Positions 40,905 through 54,020 of a stretch of DNA of 64,000 nt are shown one piece after another; the stretch's first letter is position 1, and each line of letters begins with the position of its first letter. The DNA is taken from NCBI RefSeq assembly GCF_037042905.1, contig NC_087251.1:43216001-43280000 (forward strand), written 5' to 3'. The DNA is from Lytechinus pictus (lineage: Eukaryota). The position numbers and the translations under genes were made by a program. A model generated the notes under the pieces. That model was not told the DNA's origin. It was given only the letters and a program-made list of their open reading frames with translations, and searched no databases.

Positions 40905-43900
40905 GGTACAGGGTTCAAATCCCTGCCACAGCACAAAAGCCCCTAACAAAGACAGTGACCTAAGTCTGCCGCTCTCAACACGGGTGAAGTAAATGGAGGA
41001 GAATCTGACTTAAATGTCAGAGCACCTTTTTTTGTTTCATTTGAACAAGTTGAAGTGTCGCCTTATTCACGCATTTTGCATTTCCATCATAAAACCATGC
41101 TAAAGCAGAGGGGACATGAAAGTATGTAGGGGGAGTGCCTTGCTTGGCAAACAACAGAGCTACCCCAGAATCATAACACCATGAATCCAAAACCATTTTA
41201 GAAAGTTGTGAAATCATCAGGAGCTTACCTATTTAATCCTGATATTAAAAACTGAAATAGGTTCAAAACATTTTTTTTCTATATCCAAGGTAGATATCAT
41301 CTAAAAATCAATTCATAAGCAACCACAAGAAACATATTGCTATGCCTGTGAAATACAAACTAATTGAACATTGCCAACTTGCTATACAACTTAAAAAAAA
41401 CCATAAAACCATCTTGTGAACATGCTGTTAATAATCAGAAATTCAAAAGAACACGAACTGGCAAATACAGCAATAAAATGGTATGAAATAAGATTTCATT
41501 ATCTAGGAAACTTAAATATTAGATGCACGGTAAAATCAATGAAATGCCCCTAATGCTATGCATATCTACAGCTCAGCATCCATTAAGACATTTGTGGAAG
41601 GGTAAAGAATTGTATGAGTGATGATGTCATAGGACCGGGCAACGTATATTGGATTGTGAAGATGACTGGAGGACGGTATACATCCGTAAGGGCCAACTAA
41701 GGTCTGCGTGGAGCAGAAGCAGGCTATCGAGTTACTCAATTAATTTCATCTCCTTTTCCACCATCAACAAAGCCCGGGGAAGGTGAACCACTTCCACCCA
41801 CCTACTTCGTTTCTTTTCTCAAAATGTTTGCGAGTAGTAGTAGAAAAGTACAGGTGCAGATTATTTTGCATAAATGGTGGAGAAGTTTTGAAAAAAGTAG
41901 CAGAGGGGAATATTTTCATTTCATGGATTGGTGGAGAAATGAAAGGTCAAAGCTATCTTGGGCATCACTCCATTGCAATTTTAGAGTAAGGGGTCCGGTA
42001 GAAGAAACTGAAAAGTTATCAAGTAAATACCCTTGGAGAAATTGGTGGAAACGATATCAGTTCAGAGGCAAACGCAACCCTGTGTTTGATAAGCATACAT
42101 GGTATCTATGATTTCTCCCATGATTAGATTTCAACCAATCAAACAGCGATATTCTTAATATGTGGAGTACAATACAATGTATTACAATTTGGCTTTTAAC
42201 AACCTTGACAGAGATTGACAAGGTGGCATCCACACAGCGAAAATCACAGGGAAATTCATAGGGAAATATGTTCTACTTGTACTTCAAATCTCGAGTGCCC
42301 AATTCCTGCCCGTATATGGTTCTAGCTGTGAAATTCCAATGGCCATCCTCCAAAATTCAGCTAACCGATTCACCTTCTTATTCAAATAAAATTCAAGCTC
42401 TTTTCGTTGATCAAGTTCCCCAAATCCATTGATCTGTGTTGACATCCCATTGAATAAAGTTCAAAGTTTCTCTGGTGCTGGAAAACTCATGTAAGGTATA
42501 ATATCCAGTGCTCACCGATATCACTTTCTTCTTCCTTTGTGAAAGGAGTCAAATGTAAATGCGTCCAGCGGGGTTCCAAAGGAATGTTACCAAGACTGAA
42601 TGAAAGTGAGAGAAACGGTGTTTGTAGACAACAAACATATTTATCCCTTTCTTATCCGGAATCAGGCGCTCCATGGAGGGTATAGTCAACAAAATTTCTT
42701 TCTTTGCAAGTCTGCACATCACCCCTCCATCAGTTGCCCCCTTATTGCCCTCTATATAGCTATATTCACGAAGGGTGTCTCTATCGGAATAAGGCCAAAA
42801 GATTACCATGTTTTCACTCAAGATCCACATCAACAGTGGAGGGATAAGCTCTACACTCCTATTACAAAGACGCATTTTGAGGTGATCCGAGCCGTCTGTG
42901 TTTTACCCCCAATAATTGGAACAAAAGTTCTTTACCCTTTGCAAACATGGTTCAAAATACATGTCCAATTTTTGTAGCTGTTCTATCAAAAATATTCCAT
43001 GACATAACCCTTCTAACAACATCTTATTTGCCATTTGAAGATACCAGGCCCATGTTTTGAAGATTTCAATATTGTTATTTCAAGCCCAGCAATGAGGGAT
43101 CACAAAAAAAAATGATTGGTAGTTACTATTTGAGTGGCTCCATTATTCACTTAATCGCTCACAACTTTGCCCCTTTTCGAGCAGTTCTTGTTTGTACAGA
43201 AAGAAGTGGAGCCCATTCCCAATTAAAGTGCATTTATCGATATATCAAACAGTTTGTTGAAAGGTTCATCAGAAATCATTCATTATTATCTCTGTACTAA
43301 AAAACATCTTCATTTATTTCCTTTGATCGGGCGAGAGGAGTGCCGGGGAGAGGAGCTTGACAAGAATCGATTCTCTTGATCTAGTATCGCCTCCCTCATT
43401 TCAACAACACACCTTCGAAAAAATCAACCCACAATCACAATAAAGGACAACTTGAGTTGTCAAAACCCAGGAATTGATTATTTCGTGGTGTGGGGGAGCT
43501 CTCCCGGTGTCTGGCTGGATAAAGACCCTCCCCGTCACGGTTGGTAGGAGCAGACGCAGACGCTTTTCAAACCCGAGATTAGTACGTGCTTTAACGAGTG
43601 CTTGTTGAATCATCGGGACAATCACAGAAATTTATTGATCAATATGTAACCACTCTTAACATCAACAAATCTTCTTGTATCATTTTACGTGGGTCTCCCC
43701 TACTCCCCCCCTAGTCTACAAATGTAGACCCACATCTGCAGTGTGTGTACCACAGCTGATTCAACGAGTCTGCAAAGCAGACTAGGTCTACTGTGAATGG
43801 CTCGCTTCGCTTGCCCTTTCAGGCTGGTTTGCTTTGCTTTGCAAACCAGCAGCAGCGCGCTTCGCGCACTGAGATCCCACCTCATAAGCCATTCAGAGTC

Positions 43901-44032
43901 TGCATAGCAGACTAAGTCCCCCCTACCCCTCTTCTCTTATCTTGTCTTTTTCTACCTCTCTCTCACACTCTCTTTCCCCTAGGTTGGGAAGTATCTTTAC
44001 ATCCTATCTGAGGAATACTTTCAAAGGGCACT

Positions 44033-44671
44033 GTGAAATTCAGGAACATACAATTAGAAAATGTAAAAAAGATTAAATACTTAGGTGTCATGCTCGATCC
44101 GGGCTTGACTTGGTGCGAACATATTACTAATATCGTTTGTAAAATATCTCGGGCAATAGGTTGTGTAAGGCGGATTAAGCACTTACTGTCCTTTGATATT
44201 ATGAAGAAGCTGTACTTTTCTATGGTTTTACCTTACATTGATTACTGTATTACATCTTGGGGAAGCAGTGCAAAAATACATTTAGATAAGATACAAAAAC
44301 TTCAAAATAAATATGCCAGAATGCTTTTGAAAAAAGATTATAATACATCACAAATTTCTTTGTTGCAGTCACTGAAGTGGCAATCAGTAGATCAGCGTAT
44401 AAAATATCAATATTGTGTTCTTGTATATAAAATAATGAATGATTTAGTTCCAAATTATTTAAAACCTTTAGTATGTAAACGGCCCGTGAAATACAGGACA
44501 CGGTATTCTTTACGATGCCCCCTTCAGCTTCCCAAAGCTAGAATTGAACATAAAAGAAAATCTTTCGCATATGTCGGACCCAAATTATTTAATGCACTTC
44601 CTTCAAATTTACAAGTTTGTACCTCCTTGTTAGTTTTTAAAAAATTATGCAAAGCCTTTCATACGAATTGA
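44033..44671 (+). pseudogene. Reverse transcriptase C-terminal fragment of LINE ORF2 (open frame; lacks endonuclease and catalytic RT core)
   Basis: There are 212 uninterrupted codons with LINE RT thumb and C-terminal motifs. No ATG start and no upstream YADD region are visible. Confidence 0.85.
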
Positions 44672-44943
44672 TAAAGAGCGAAATGATATTCCTTTGATTT
44701 ACAATGCTATGTATGTTTAAATTGTCACTTCCCACTCTATATTTTGGTGTTAATTGTTTCTGATGTTAGATATTTTATATTTTGTATTTTTGATGTTGTT
44801 TGTTGTTGTTGTTCATAGTTATCTTGACATGTATTTTAAACTGCAGGGCGCCTTTGTAAAGCAGTTTTAAGAACTGAACAGGCCTACCCTGCAGTATAAA
44901 ATAAATAAAACAAAATAAATAAATAAATAAATAAATAAATAAA
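44033..44943 (+). mobile_element. 5'-truncated non-LTR retrotransposon (L2/Crack/CR1 group): RT C-terminal ORF, 3' UTR and (TAAA)n tail
   Basis: The ORF 44033-44671 contains KYLGVMLDPGLTWCEHI, LYFSMVLPYIDYC..SWG, IQKLQNKYAR, LKWQSV and RKSFAYVGPKLFNALP, which are typical L2/CR1-group ORF2 C-terminal motifs. The 3' UTR ends in a ctgcaggg...ccctgcag stem (44841-44894), followed by a (TAAA)n tail. Confidence 0.92.
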
Positions 44944-45392
44944 TATACTCTATTCAATAATTTATGCACATTGCATGCATGTCTATGTAAACATTTACAT
45001 TTTAGAATGGGGTGCCAATGATACAAATATTAATTTGGCAGCTCTAGATAAATATTAATTCTAGCGAAGTATCTTGTGCACCTTTGATTTTGCATTTGGT
45101 ATATGAATCACCACTCTAAAATCACATTTTGATTAATACTATTTTAAAACTGAACTGATCATTACTTAAAAAGATATATCTCTCTTTCAACAGCTAATTC
45201 ACATCTCCATAATTTACTTTTCCATAACACCAACAACATATATTGTTGGCTTTGAAATGTGTTTACTTGATTTTGCATCATTAGTAAACACTTGTTGATA
45301 ATGTCTGATGTTTTATCATCCTCTTGTAACAGGCAACAGATGGCTCAACATTAAATTGCCTACCTAATCAAAAAGCCTGCAGCAGTCACTAA

Positions 45393-45868
45393 GAGGCTGT
45401 TCTCACTACGTTCCTAAAACTAGTTTAGTGGAAACTAGTTTAGTGGAAACTAGTTTAGTGGAAACTAGTTTAACGCGTAGTGAGAACGGTGAAAGCGGTC
45501 TTGGAAGCGATCTTCCAAACCAGTTTGGAAAACCACCTCGCGATGAAGTTTTTAAGATCGCTTTGCCTCGTTAAACTGGTTTTAGCGTAAGTGAGGACAC
45601 AACCGTTCTTCGGGAAGCGATCTTCGCACATTTTGAGTGCGCTACTCCACACGACAGGTGTAGAATGCCTATGCTGCGGTTTCGAATTTGCGCGAAACGT
45701 GTCACCCCACTGAGAGCGTTTCCATAGCAACAAGAGCGCTTTACGTGAAGTGATTTTGAAAACCACTTTCGTGTGATCAAGTGGGAACGCTAGCAAAGCG
45801 ATCTTCCAAAGTGGTTTCCTGAATCGGTTTCCAGTAAACGTTTTAGAAAGCATAATGAGAACGGCCTC
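45393..45868. mobile_element. MITE with gaggc(t/c)gttctca TIRs (possibly Harbinger-like)
   Basis: The ends are gaggctgttctcacta and taatgagaacggcctc. Internally there is a 15-bp tandem (aaactagtttagtgg)x3 and repeats of aagcgatctt. Confidence 0.8.
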
Positions 45869-46502
45869 TATCTTCCATTAGAATTCTGATGGTGGCATCT
45901 CAAATGGTTTATAGAAACGAATATACATTTGTATGTTAGTTGCTTGTTTTGTTGTTGTTTTTTTACTATTGAAAATACATTTAACTGGCTACTAAATGCA
46001 AATTCTTGTAATTATTTAGAAATGATTATCCTTAAATACGTAAATAGGGAAGGGGATTTATTTCATACCTAACAGTAGTCAGGTTGTTTAAAAAAATCAA
46101 TTCCCTTTTATATCTCCGAAACAAGTCTAAACAGGTCTTACTGGGCAAAGATGAAAGTTGGTTAAGATAATGGGTATCATTCCTGGATCACCATCCCAAA
46201 ATTGAGACCTTTTGTAATGAGCTAATCAAGCAGTACTATAGAAGCTGTAAGCTTATTCTAAGTCATTGGCTTAATCCTTATCCTTAGGGCGATGTCTATC
46301 TATCTGTGATATCTGAAGAGATCTATTTAAGCTTAGAGCTGGTCCCAAGGGAGTGGTGCTCCCTGGATGGTAAACCTAAATAGATACTATAGATGTGATT
46401 CGAAATAATCAAATCGAAAGTATTTTGTGCACCATCTTTATGTTTGAAAGGGTAACCTCACTGATAAATCTGTAGAATTCAATGTTAATTTTTTTTTGCT
46501 TA

Positions 46503-46587
46503 CACTCTAAAGAATGAAAGGGTGGAAAGTATTAAATCTTCCTGTAAAAGGGCTGAACCTTTTCCATCCTTTTGTGCTTTTAGTGTG
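46503..46587. mobile_element. Tiny TA-flanked MITE with CAC...GTG ends
   Basis: The structure is TA|cactctaaa ... tttagtgtg|TA, with an inner inverted pair aaagggtggaaa / tttccatccttt. Confidence 0.5.
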
Positions 46588-48726
46588 TAAGACGAGTGAG
46601 TATGATCATTGTGACAATAATTTTTTGGTGACATAGCAATTCAATACCGGTAGTTTCATATTATTCAAATCATCAAAATATGTATTATTCAATGTTGTCT
46701 TTGAAAAAAGAAAAAAGTAGACTTATTAAACTAGAATCGTTGCTTCAAGAAAAAGAAGTTCTTCAAGGAGACAGAGTTTTGTGCAGCTCAGTTCACTCTC
46801 TAATCCACCACGGAGCTACCGACCACCTTAAAGAAAGTGAAAAGATGAAGGCATGCGGAACAGCACGTCGGGATCCTTGATTCGAGGCATGCATAACGTA
46901 GGTGGAAAGAATAAAGGAAGATGTAATTCCCAAGCCCCCCCCCCCCCCCTCCAAGGATGGTCTTCATTATAAGACATCTTTGTGACCATCGGATTCTTTC
47001 TTCTTTGAGGGAGGGAGCCCTTTGAGGGCATTGACACCTTCAAAGGTGAAGCATTTATTTCAATATCCCAACACTGTCTACATCTTTTATACTTTGTTTC
47101 CGACTGGACTCGACTCTCCCGTTCCCATAAAGGGACCACCCTGTTCCCACAGGCAATGGAGTAATGTTTGGTTTCCTACATAGGGTTCAGAAGAAAAAAA
47201 TAGTGAAAACCAAATTTAAACAATATCCTATCCCTTAGAAACTGAAAGCACTGGAAATATAGCCTTTAAGCTCTGAATGATAGCCACCACCTTGCTTTGT
47301 ACATAAAATACAAATCAATGAAGTAAACCGATACAAAACCCTAACCCTAACCCATCTATAAAAGGGCCTATTACTTTTAATTTGTAGGAATTGCATCACT
47401 CTAACAAGGCAACATCCAAAATATTGGAAAATTCTTTGAAATTCAACTGGACTTCTTCTTTCCTTCTCCCAAGCAGGTAACCCCCCCCCCCCCCTTCTTC
47501 AGCCAAAAATAAAAAAAGAAAACTTCTGTATTTTCTTTTCGAATGATCAAGATCAATAGGAGGCAAGGCAACAAGCATGTGAATAATTACTTAATCCGCC
47601 CTAAGAACATTAAGAGTTAAAGCTTAAGACCACATAATCCTAATCCCTTACAGTGGAGACCAATGGGTATCACTGGTCAGTGAGACCACAAAAGAAATGT
47701 TTCTACATAACAAAGATATTAATCTCATGACCCTCGCTTTAAGATGACCCCTAATCTACCAATCAATTTCAAACTGTGAAAAAAAGGGGAAAGAAAAAGG
47801 GCAATTAATGGAAGCCATGTTAAGTCAACCCGACACATTTATATGCATGAAAGGGCTGGGCTATCAATATGTTATCCTTGGAAGATCAATAATGCTTTAC
47901 AACTTGCTAAGTCCTCTGCAGGTAATTGAATACAAAATCAATTTTGAGCTTTACAGTAGATGCAAAAGCTTGCATGATCTTCATGATTAAGTATGCAATG
48001 GAATTACTTGCATACCATTATTTTACATATTTCTGTCAAAACACAGCTCTATAATGTGGTGTAATTTTGAATAATGCATTAACAAAGCGTGATTTCATGG
48101 ACACATTGCCGTGCTAAATTATCTATACATCTTTATTCACCATTTGATATCAAAAACATAACAGTGAAGACTTCTCTAGGTATCCTTTGACTTGCTTCAT
48201 TAATAATTAATCATGTTGATCTGTAAATAATTTGTGACGTAGGCCATCACGTCGTCAGGCTTTAACTTTTCAACTGTGTCAGTGGTTTTAACTTTATACT
48301 ATGAAAGCACACTGAAATTATCTTTAAAAATGAACTAATTCACAACATCTGGCATTGTACTGATCCAGCAAATGTTCCTCTCAACATGTAAGTGCGTTAT
48401 AGCAACTCTCTTTAAACTGAGGAAACCTTGATATTGACTTTGCAATTAAGCAGGGTAGTTTGAAATGCCACATCAGATCGCAGGTTGATGCAGTGAGAGA
48501 TATTTAAATGAATGCAGATATTTGAAGTATCCGTCATGAATATAAACTCTGTAATCTCAATGTTTAACTCTGCTCTAAGAAGAGATATTGCAAGTACGTA
48601 GATCCGATCATCATCTATTTATGCTTATAAGATTTTTATGTACAAATCTATTTCCCTTTTATCTGACAGATTCCACTATAATATTTTGTACAGCATCAAC
48701 CTTTATACATGTATATAACACAAAAA

Positions 48727-48860
48727 GGTCCATCTTACAAAAAGTTTCAAGATTCCACGCAATCTAAAATTACAATTGATCTTATTTGTGTAGTTATAAG
48801 ATGGGGATTGAAACCAATTGCAATATAAGATTGATTTCAACTTTTTGTAAGATTGGGTAC
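48727..48860. mobile_element. Degenerate small MITE
   Basis: An inverted pair atcttacaaaaagtt / aactttttgtaagat lies about 120 bp apart. Confidence 0.5.
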
Positions 48861-49921
48861 TGATACCTTATTCATTATTTATCAAACCTATCGATGATAT
48901 ACTGACATAATACATATCAGTAAGTTATTACAAATCATGTAAAAGCATTCATTATGGCTCCCACATCACAATTAATGTTTGATATGTAGAAATTAAAATG
49001 TGCACTGTGCACATAATTGAAGACATCAGAATGCGGTTCTCATTAAATGTGACGAAAAAGCAAAAATGTATACTCCAAGTTATTCAACAACATGTCTCGA
49101 ATTCAAACATTTTATGATCATGCCTGCGCTTGAAATAAGATTATTTATACCCTCTCTGTTGTATTATAAATCTTATCAAACCAAGGTAAACGTAAATAAA
49201 AGAAAATCAAAATAAGATCAGAGGAATTAGAATCAAAGAACTGCATAAACTGTTTTGGTAACTTCCTGCGACTCAGACAAGTCACGATGGTGCACAATGG
49301 ACATGTGGTGCCAGAAGTATTAAATCCTACATGACTTGACTAATCTACAACAATATCGCCCATTCACCCGCATTGTATGGGAGGTGTTACAACATTTACA
49401 TCCCTCCAATTCATCCAGACTGCTTCATCAGACAACCCTTCGCTTCAAATACCGCTGACTTGTTTGCATTCGGCAATGTTCGCAATAATTCTGCTATGAA
49501 ATTGTGGTTTCTATTTGACGACGGCAGATTTATATGAACAACAAAGGCATCTTGCAATAAAGGACCGACAAAACGTTAGCACCAGGAGTTTATGTATCTT
49601 TGAATGAGCTAAGCCGGACCACAAGGGCAAGAGAGGAAAAAATGACAACCCCGGGACCGGCATTCACCGATCATCGCCTAAGAACGTAGACACCTTGTCT
49701 ACATCAGATTCTATAGTGAATCCTATAGATATAATACTTTATTACTAAAGTGCTTATTACCCCCTCTACCTTTCACAGGACACTTGCCACCTTGTAGCCG
49801 TGTCATACGTTCAAATCATTTGGCTGCTGGGGCATTCTGCTTTGTTCCTTATTCATATTTTTATTAACCATCTGTGTTTTTGTATTCTATGGTGCATAAA
49901 TAATTCAATCAGAAGATTGAT

Positions 49922-50051
49922 ACAAAATTCATCATGAGAGTCAGATATATTTATATAATCTTGAAATTCAAAAGGTAAGTTGTTGAAACAAATTCACTAT
50001 GAGAGTCAGATAAATATTATATATAATCTTGAAATGCAAAAGGTAAGTTGT
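49922..50051. repeat. Tandem duplication of about 65-70 bp
   Basis: The sequence atgagagtcagata...ataatcttgaaat(t/g)caaaaggtaagttgt occurs twice. Confidence 0.85.
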
Positions 50052-53000
50052 GCCAAAATGTAGATTATTCTTTTTCACATCTTACATTAAAAGAAATCAT
50101 ATTAAAATGGAATTTGTTGTGCAAGATGACTGACAAATCTCTTTCTCACTGTGACAGTATGAGCTGAAAGAACTAATTTTTCTAATCAAGTGAATGATAT
50201 TGTGTCATTATTTCCGTACATCTATACACATAAGCCCTAGAAATGATACACTACATTTCAAAGAATTTGAAGATGAATTATGTGAACTTAATCATTGCAT
50301 ACTCACACTGAATAATATCTAATGACATTCAATGAATAGATTACAAATAAGCAATAATGTCAATGAACCCTGAGAATTATGGGATACCATATGGATATTC
50401 TGTGGTTTTTTAAATAAAAATTACACACAAAAAAAGAATGAAGAAGATTTAATTACCTTTTGTGTTCATACCCCAGCAGTTCTTACGTTCAATGAACTCT
50501 GGAACACCAAACCATTATATACTTTATAGATTTCAGTATTTTATTACCCTACTTAAAAGACTCCAAACTTCAGTGTTTATGATCTATTCAATTGTTCCTC
50601 TTCTGAAAGTTTCTTGGAGAACACCTGAATAACAAACACACACAATCGCTGGCATGGTCATGAACTTATGAACTGGTGTTCAAAGCCTTTTGTTATAAAG
50701 AAGTCTACCAAAAATAGCTTCATAAAATGGATCTATGCAAAAATAATGGTTATTTCCAAAAGTTTAACTTTAAAATAGAAAGGCCATCGATTTCCATTGA
50801 TGTTTCTTCCCTGTTTTTATAAAAGACAATTCGTTTGAAGATCAGTAGTAAATGTAACCTGATTAAAAAACAAAAGGCAATTATGCGGCCTACTTACTCG
50901 GACACCAAACTGATCCGGTACCTGTTCAATGTATATTTCCATGTTTTTCATCCAAAGAGGCATCAAAAAAATCAACTTGAAATTAGACTGTCCTGCAGAG
51001 ATGGTTAAATCATCAAGTTTCGCTGTTGCAACAAGGACATCTCCAGAAGAGCAAGAGCCATCATGATTAACAGGTTTCTCTGGATTTAAATTCTGGAAGA
51101 GTTCCGATTCTTCTACCTATAACCACCTTGATCTCGAGAAGCTAACTACTTGAATTATCAATCCTCGTTTGGTATCCTGTCTTGGGTTTATCTGCTGTAA
51201 AGTGTAAGCAAGGAGAGCTACAAGTGGGATCCTCAGAAGCAACTCAAGAAACACAGAGCTACTTGGAGAGGCAGAGGTGGAAGAATGCAGCTCCTACATC
51301 AACAACCTGCACCCTCCGATATTAATTCTCAAGATATCCCAGTCAGTGCTCATCTGTGAAGTGAGAGGCTCCAAGGTGAAGTGAACGAAAGACTAAACTT
51401 CATCATCTCACAAGCGGGCGCAATTAGCTTCATCTCCGATCACGTTTGCGTTTTGCGGTAACCACTGACTCTCCCCTCACTGCTGATCACTGAATAACGC
51501 ACCCCTTCCAGTTACCCCTTACAATCCTAACACACCAGACTCAATGAAGCACAATCGACTGCGCTGCCTGTGGAACGGTTAGGTTCTGATCCATAGTATC
51601 TCTTCGCTTACATGCTTGTTTGTCTTCTTTTCTTTATTTCTCCCCCTTTTTCTGCTCTAATATTCTGTCTTCTGAATATTACATTGGATGAATGTTGGGT
51701 TTCCCCAGTATAATATCTGTGTATGTTATGATGCTCTGAGAAAGGTCTGAGAGACAGACATGCAAAATATCTGGGTCATCCCACCAGAGTTTCTCACTGG
51801 TGTTGGACAAAATTGAAAATAGAATTGCAGATCATTAAGTTAAAACAAATTAATTTTTACAGGTTTATTGGTTTCATATTTTCAAGGCTCTTTTTCTTTC
51901 TCAAATATATCTCTTAATTAATCTCAGAAGAAATGTCATTCTGTTCTCTTGTCTATTTTCACATACCCTATCACCCCTTTCCAATGAGGGGGATTAAATA
52001 ATGGAACAGTCCACTCCTATCTACTATTTGAGGTCCTGTGATTGGTAGACTGGAATTGCTCATGTTTATTCATACAGCAGTAAGCCATTCTCTGTGCACA
52101 GAGTTTCCCCTTGCTGTCATCAATGAGTTGAGAAAGGGACTTGTAGTCTACAACGTCAGACTTGTTTTTTAAAAAAACTAACCAGAACTAAAGATACTCC
52201 AAAATAGATAAAACAATTGAAAATTCAATCACATTCAAATGGGGCATTCCCTGACATTTCAAATTACAGAGCAATAAGTCATACTTTTCATGGTGTGATG
52301 AAAATTTGAGCAACACCGTGGGAATTATATTGTTGGAAGCCAGCCCATCAGGGCTTGCCCATGATTTTATCTTCATGTATGAGTCAGAGAAAAACTAGCA
52401 GCTCAGCTCAACTGGAATAGGAAGACTGCAAGCAGTTACCTTTAAATTAGCAAGGAGTTGCTCATGGTCACCAGTCAATATTATCAATATTTGGTAAAAT
52501 AAGAAGAAAAACCTTGAATACATGGGGTGTCCATGAGTAAGAGAAGGACAAATTAGTAACAGCCAACAGGTTTTCCTCATCAATATAACAAATAATTTAT
52601 TACAGAATTATATTTGGTATTGATATTTAATCATAATGCTAAAAATGGAAGCATTCTTATCGTTTATAAATTCCCTTTGCTGCAAATTTTTGTCTTTACA
52701 AAATTGTGATATATATCCAGGAGGAAAGAAACTGATCATTAATTATTTACCTATCTCTTTTAACTACTTCCTTAAAACCAATCATTAATAAATTGCTCTT
52801 CATTAATACCATAGGCCAACATAGTTACCTTAAACACTTAGTTTGGAAAAAAAGTGATATACATAGTTAAAGATAGCCATACTATGCTTTATAGTTTAAA
52901 GAAAATATCCAAAGAACAATTTTAAGTATGTATAAAAAAATAATGAAATTAACAGTAAAAATACAAATAGATTTAATAAATAAATGAAATGATAAGTTAA

Positions 53001-53510
53001 CAATTTCAGCAAGCAAGATGTTAAGCCCTAATCAATTAAGCAAGACAAATATGCCGATCCATAAAGTGCTTCTAACATCTTTTAATTTTCTTCTGGATAT
53101 TGATTATCATCATGATGCATTTCATTTACATTTACAAAAATATAATTTAGATTAATATATAAGATTTATGACATACGTTTATTCTGCATGCCATCAAATA
53201 ATCATATGGGTCGTATAAAGTTACATGGGCAGACCACTCAGACATTGGTTTGATTTTATTCAGGCAGAAAAAGGAAAGGCAAAGCAACAAATTGAATTTA
53301 ATGAAATAACGGTTGTGAATATTACTGGTAGTTGCATTGATTTAATGAAATCTGCAACTCGATCACGCAAGCTCCAATTGCATTCACTCTGTACAATAAA
53401 TTTCTTTAAATGTAATTTCTCATTATCATAAAGAAATATGATTTCATATCACCTTAGCTTGGCTTCTCTTTGAAAACTATGGATCATCCACAGTTCATGA
53501 TCCTAATTAA

Positions 53511-54020
53511 AGGGATGGTCCAGGCTGAAAGTATTTATAGCCTAATAAAAAGAGTAGAATTCACTGAGCAAAATGCCAAAAATTTCATCAAAATTGGATA
53601 ACAAATAACAAAGTTATTTAATTTTAAGGTTCAGCAATATTTAGTGAAAACAGTCGTCATGAATATTCATTAGGTGGGCTGATAGATAGAAATATTGGAT
53701 TGACAAATGATTTAGTGCATTAGATATTTGTTGCTGCAACTTATTTCATTATAAGGGAGACATATTATTCACACAAGTATGAAATAATGAAAAAAAAATG
53801 TGATTTTATGTAATAACATAAGAAAACTGAAAGTGGAGATGTGACATCATCAGCCCACCTAATGAATATTCATGACGACTGTTTTCACAAAATTTTGCTT
53901 AACTTAAAACTTCAATAACTTTATTTTTGTTATCCGATTTTGATGAAATTTTCGGCATTTTGCTCAGTGAATTCTACTCTATGTATTAAGATATAAATAT
54001 TTTCAGCCCGGACCATCCCT
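53511..54020. mobile_element. TTAA-flanked foldback MITE (Kolobok-like) with about 170-bp TIRs
   Basis: The structure is TTAA|agggatggtccaggctgaaa ... tttcagcccggaccatccct|TTAA. The arms extend to catgaatattcattaggtgggctgat / atcagcccacctaatgaatattcatg. Confidence 0.92.

Noticed and set aside
42549..42977. Overlapping ORFs of 108 and 125 aa
   Set aside because: The frames I translated showed no RT, transposase or kinesin motifs.
45470..45853. 127-aa ORF inside a TIR element
   Set aside because: It has no transposase motifs and lies within an internally repetitive MITE.
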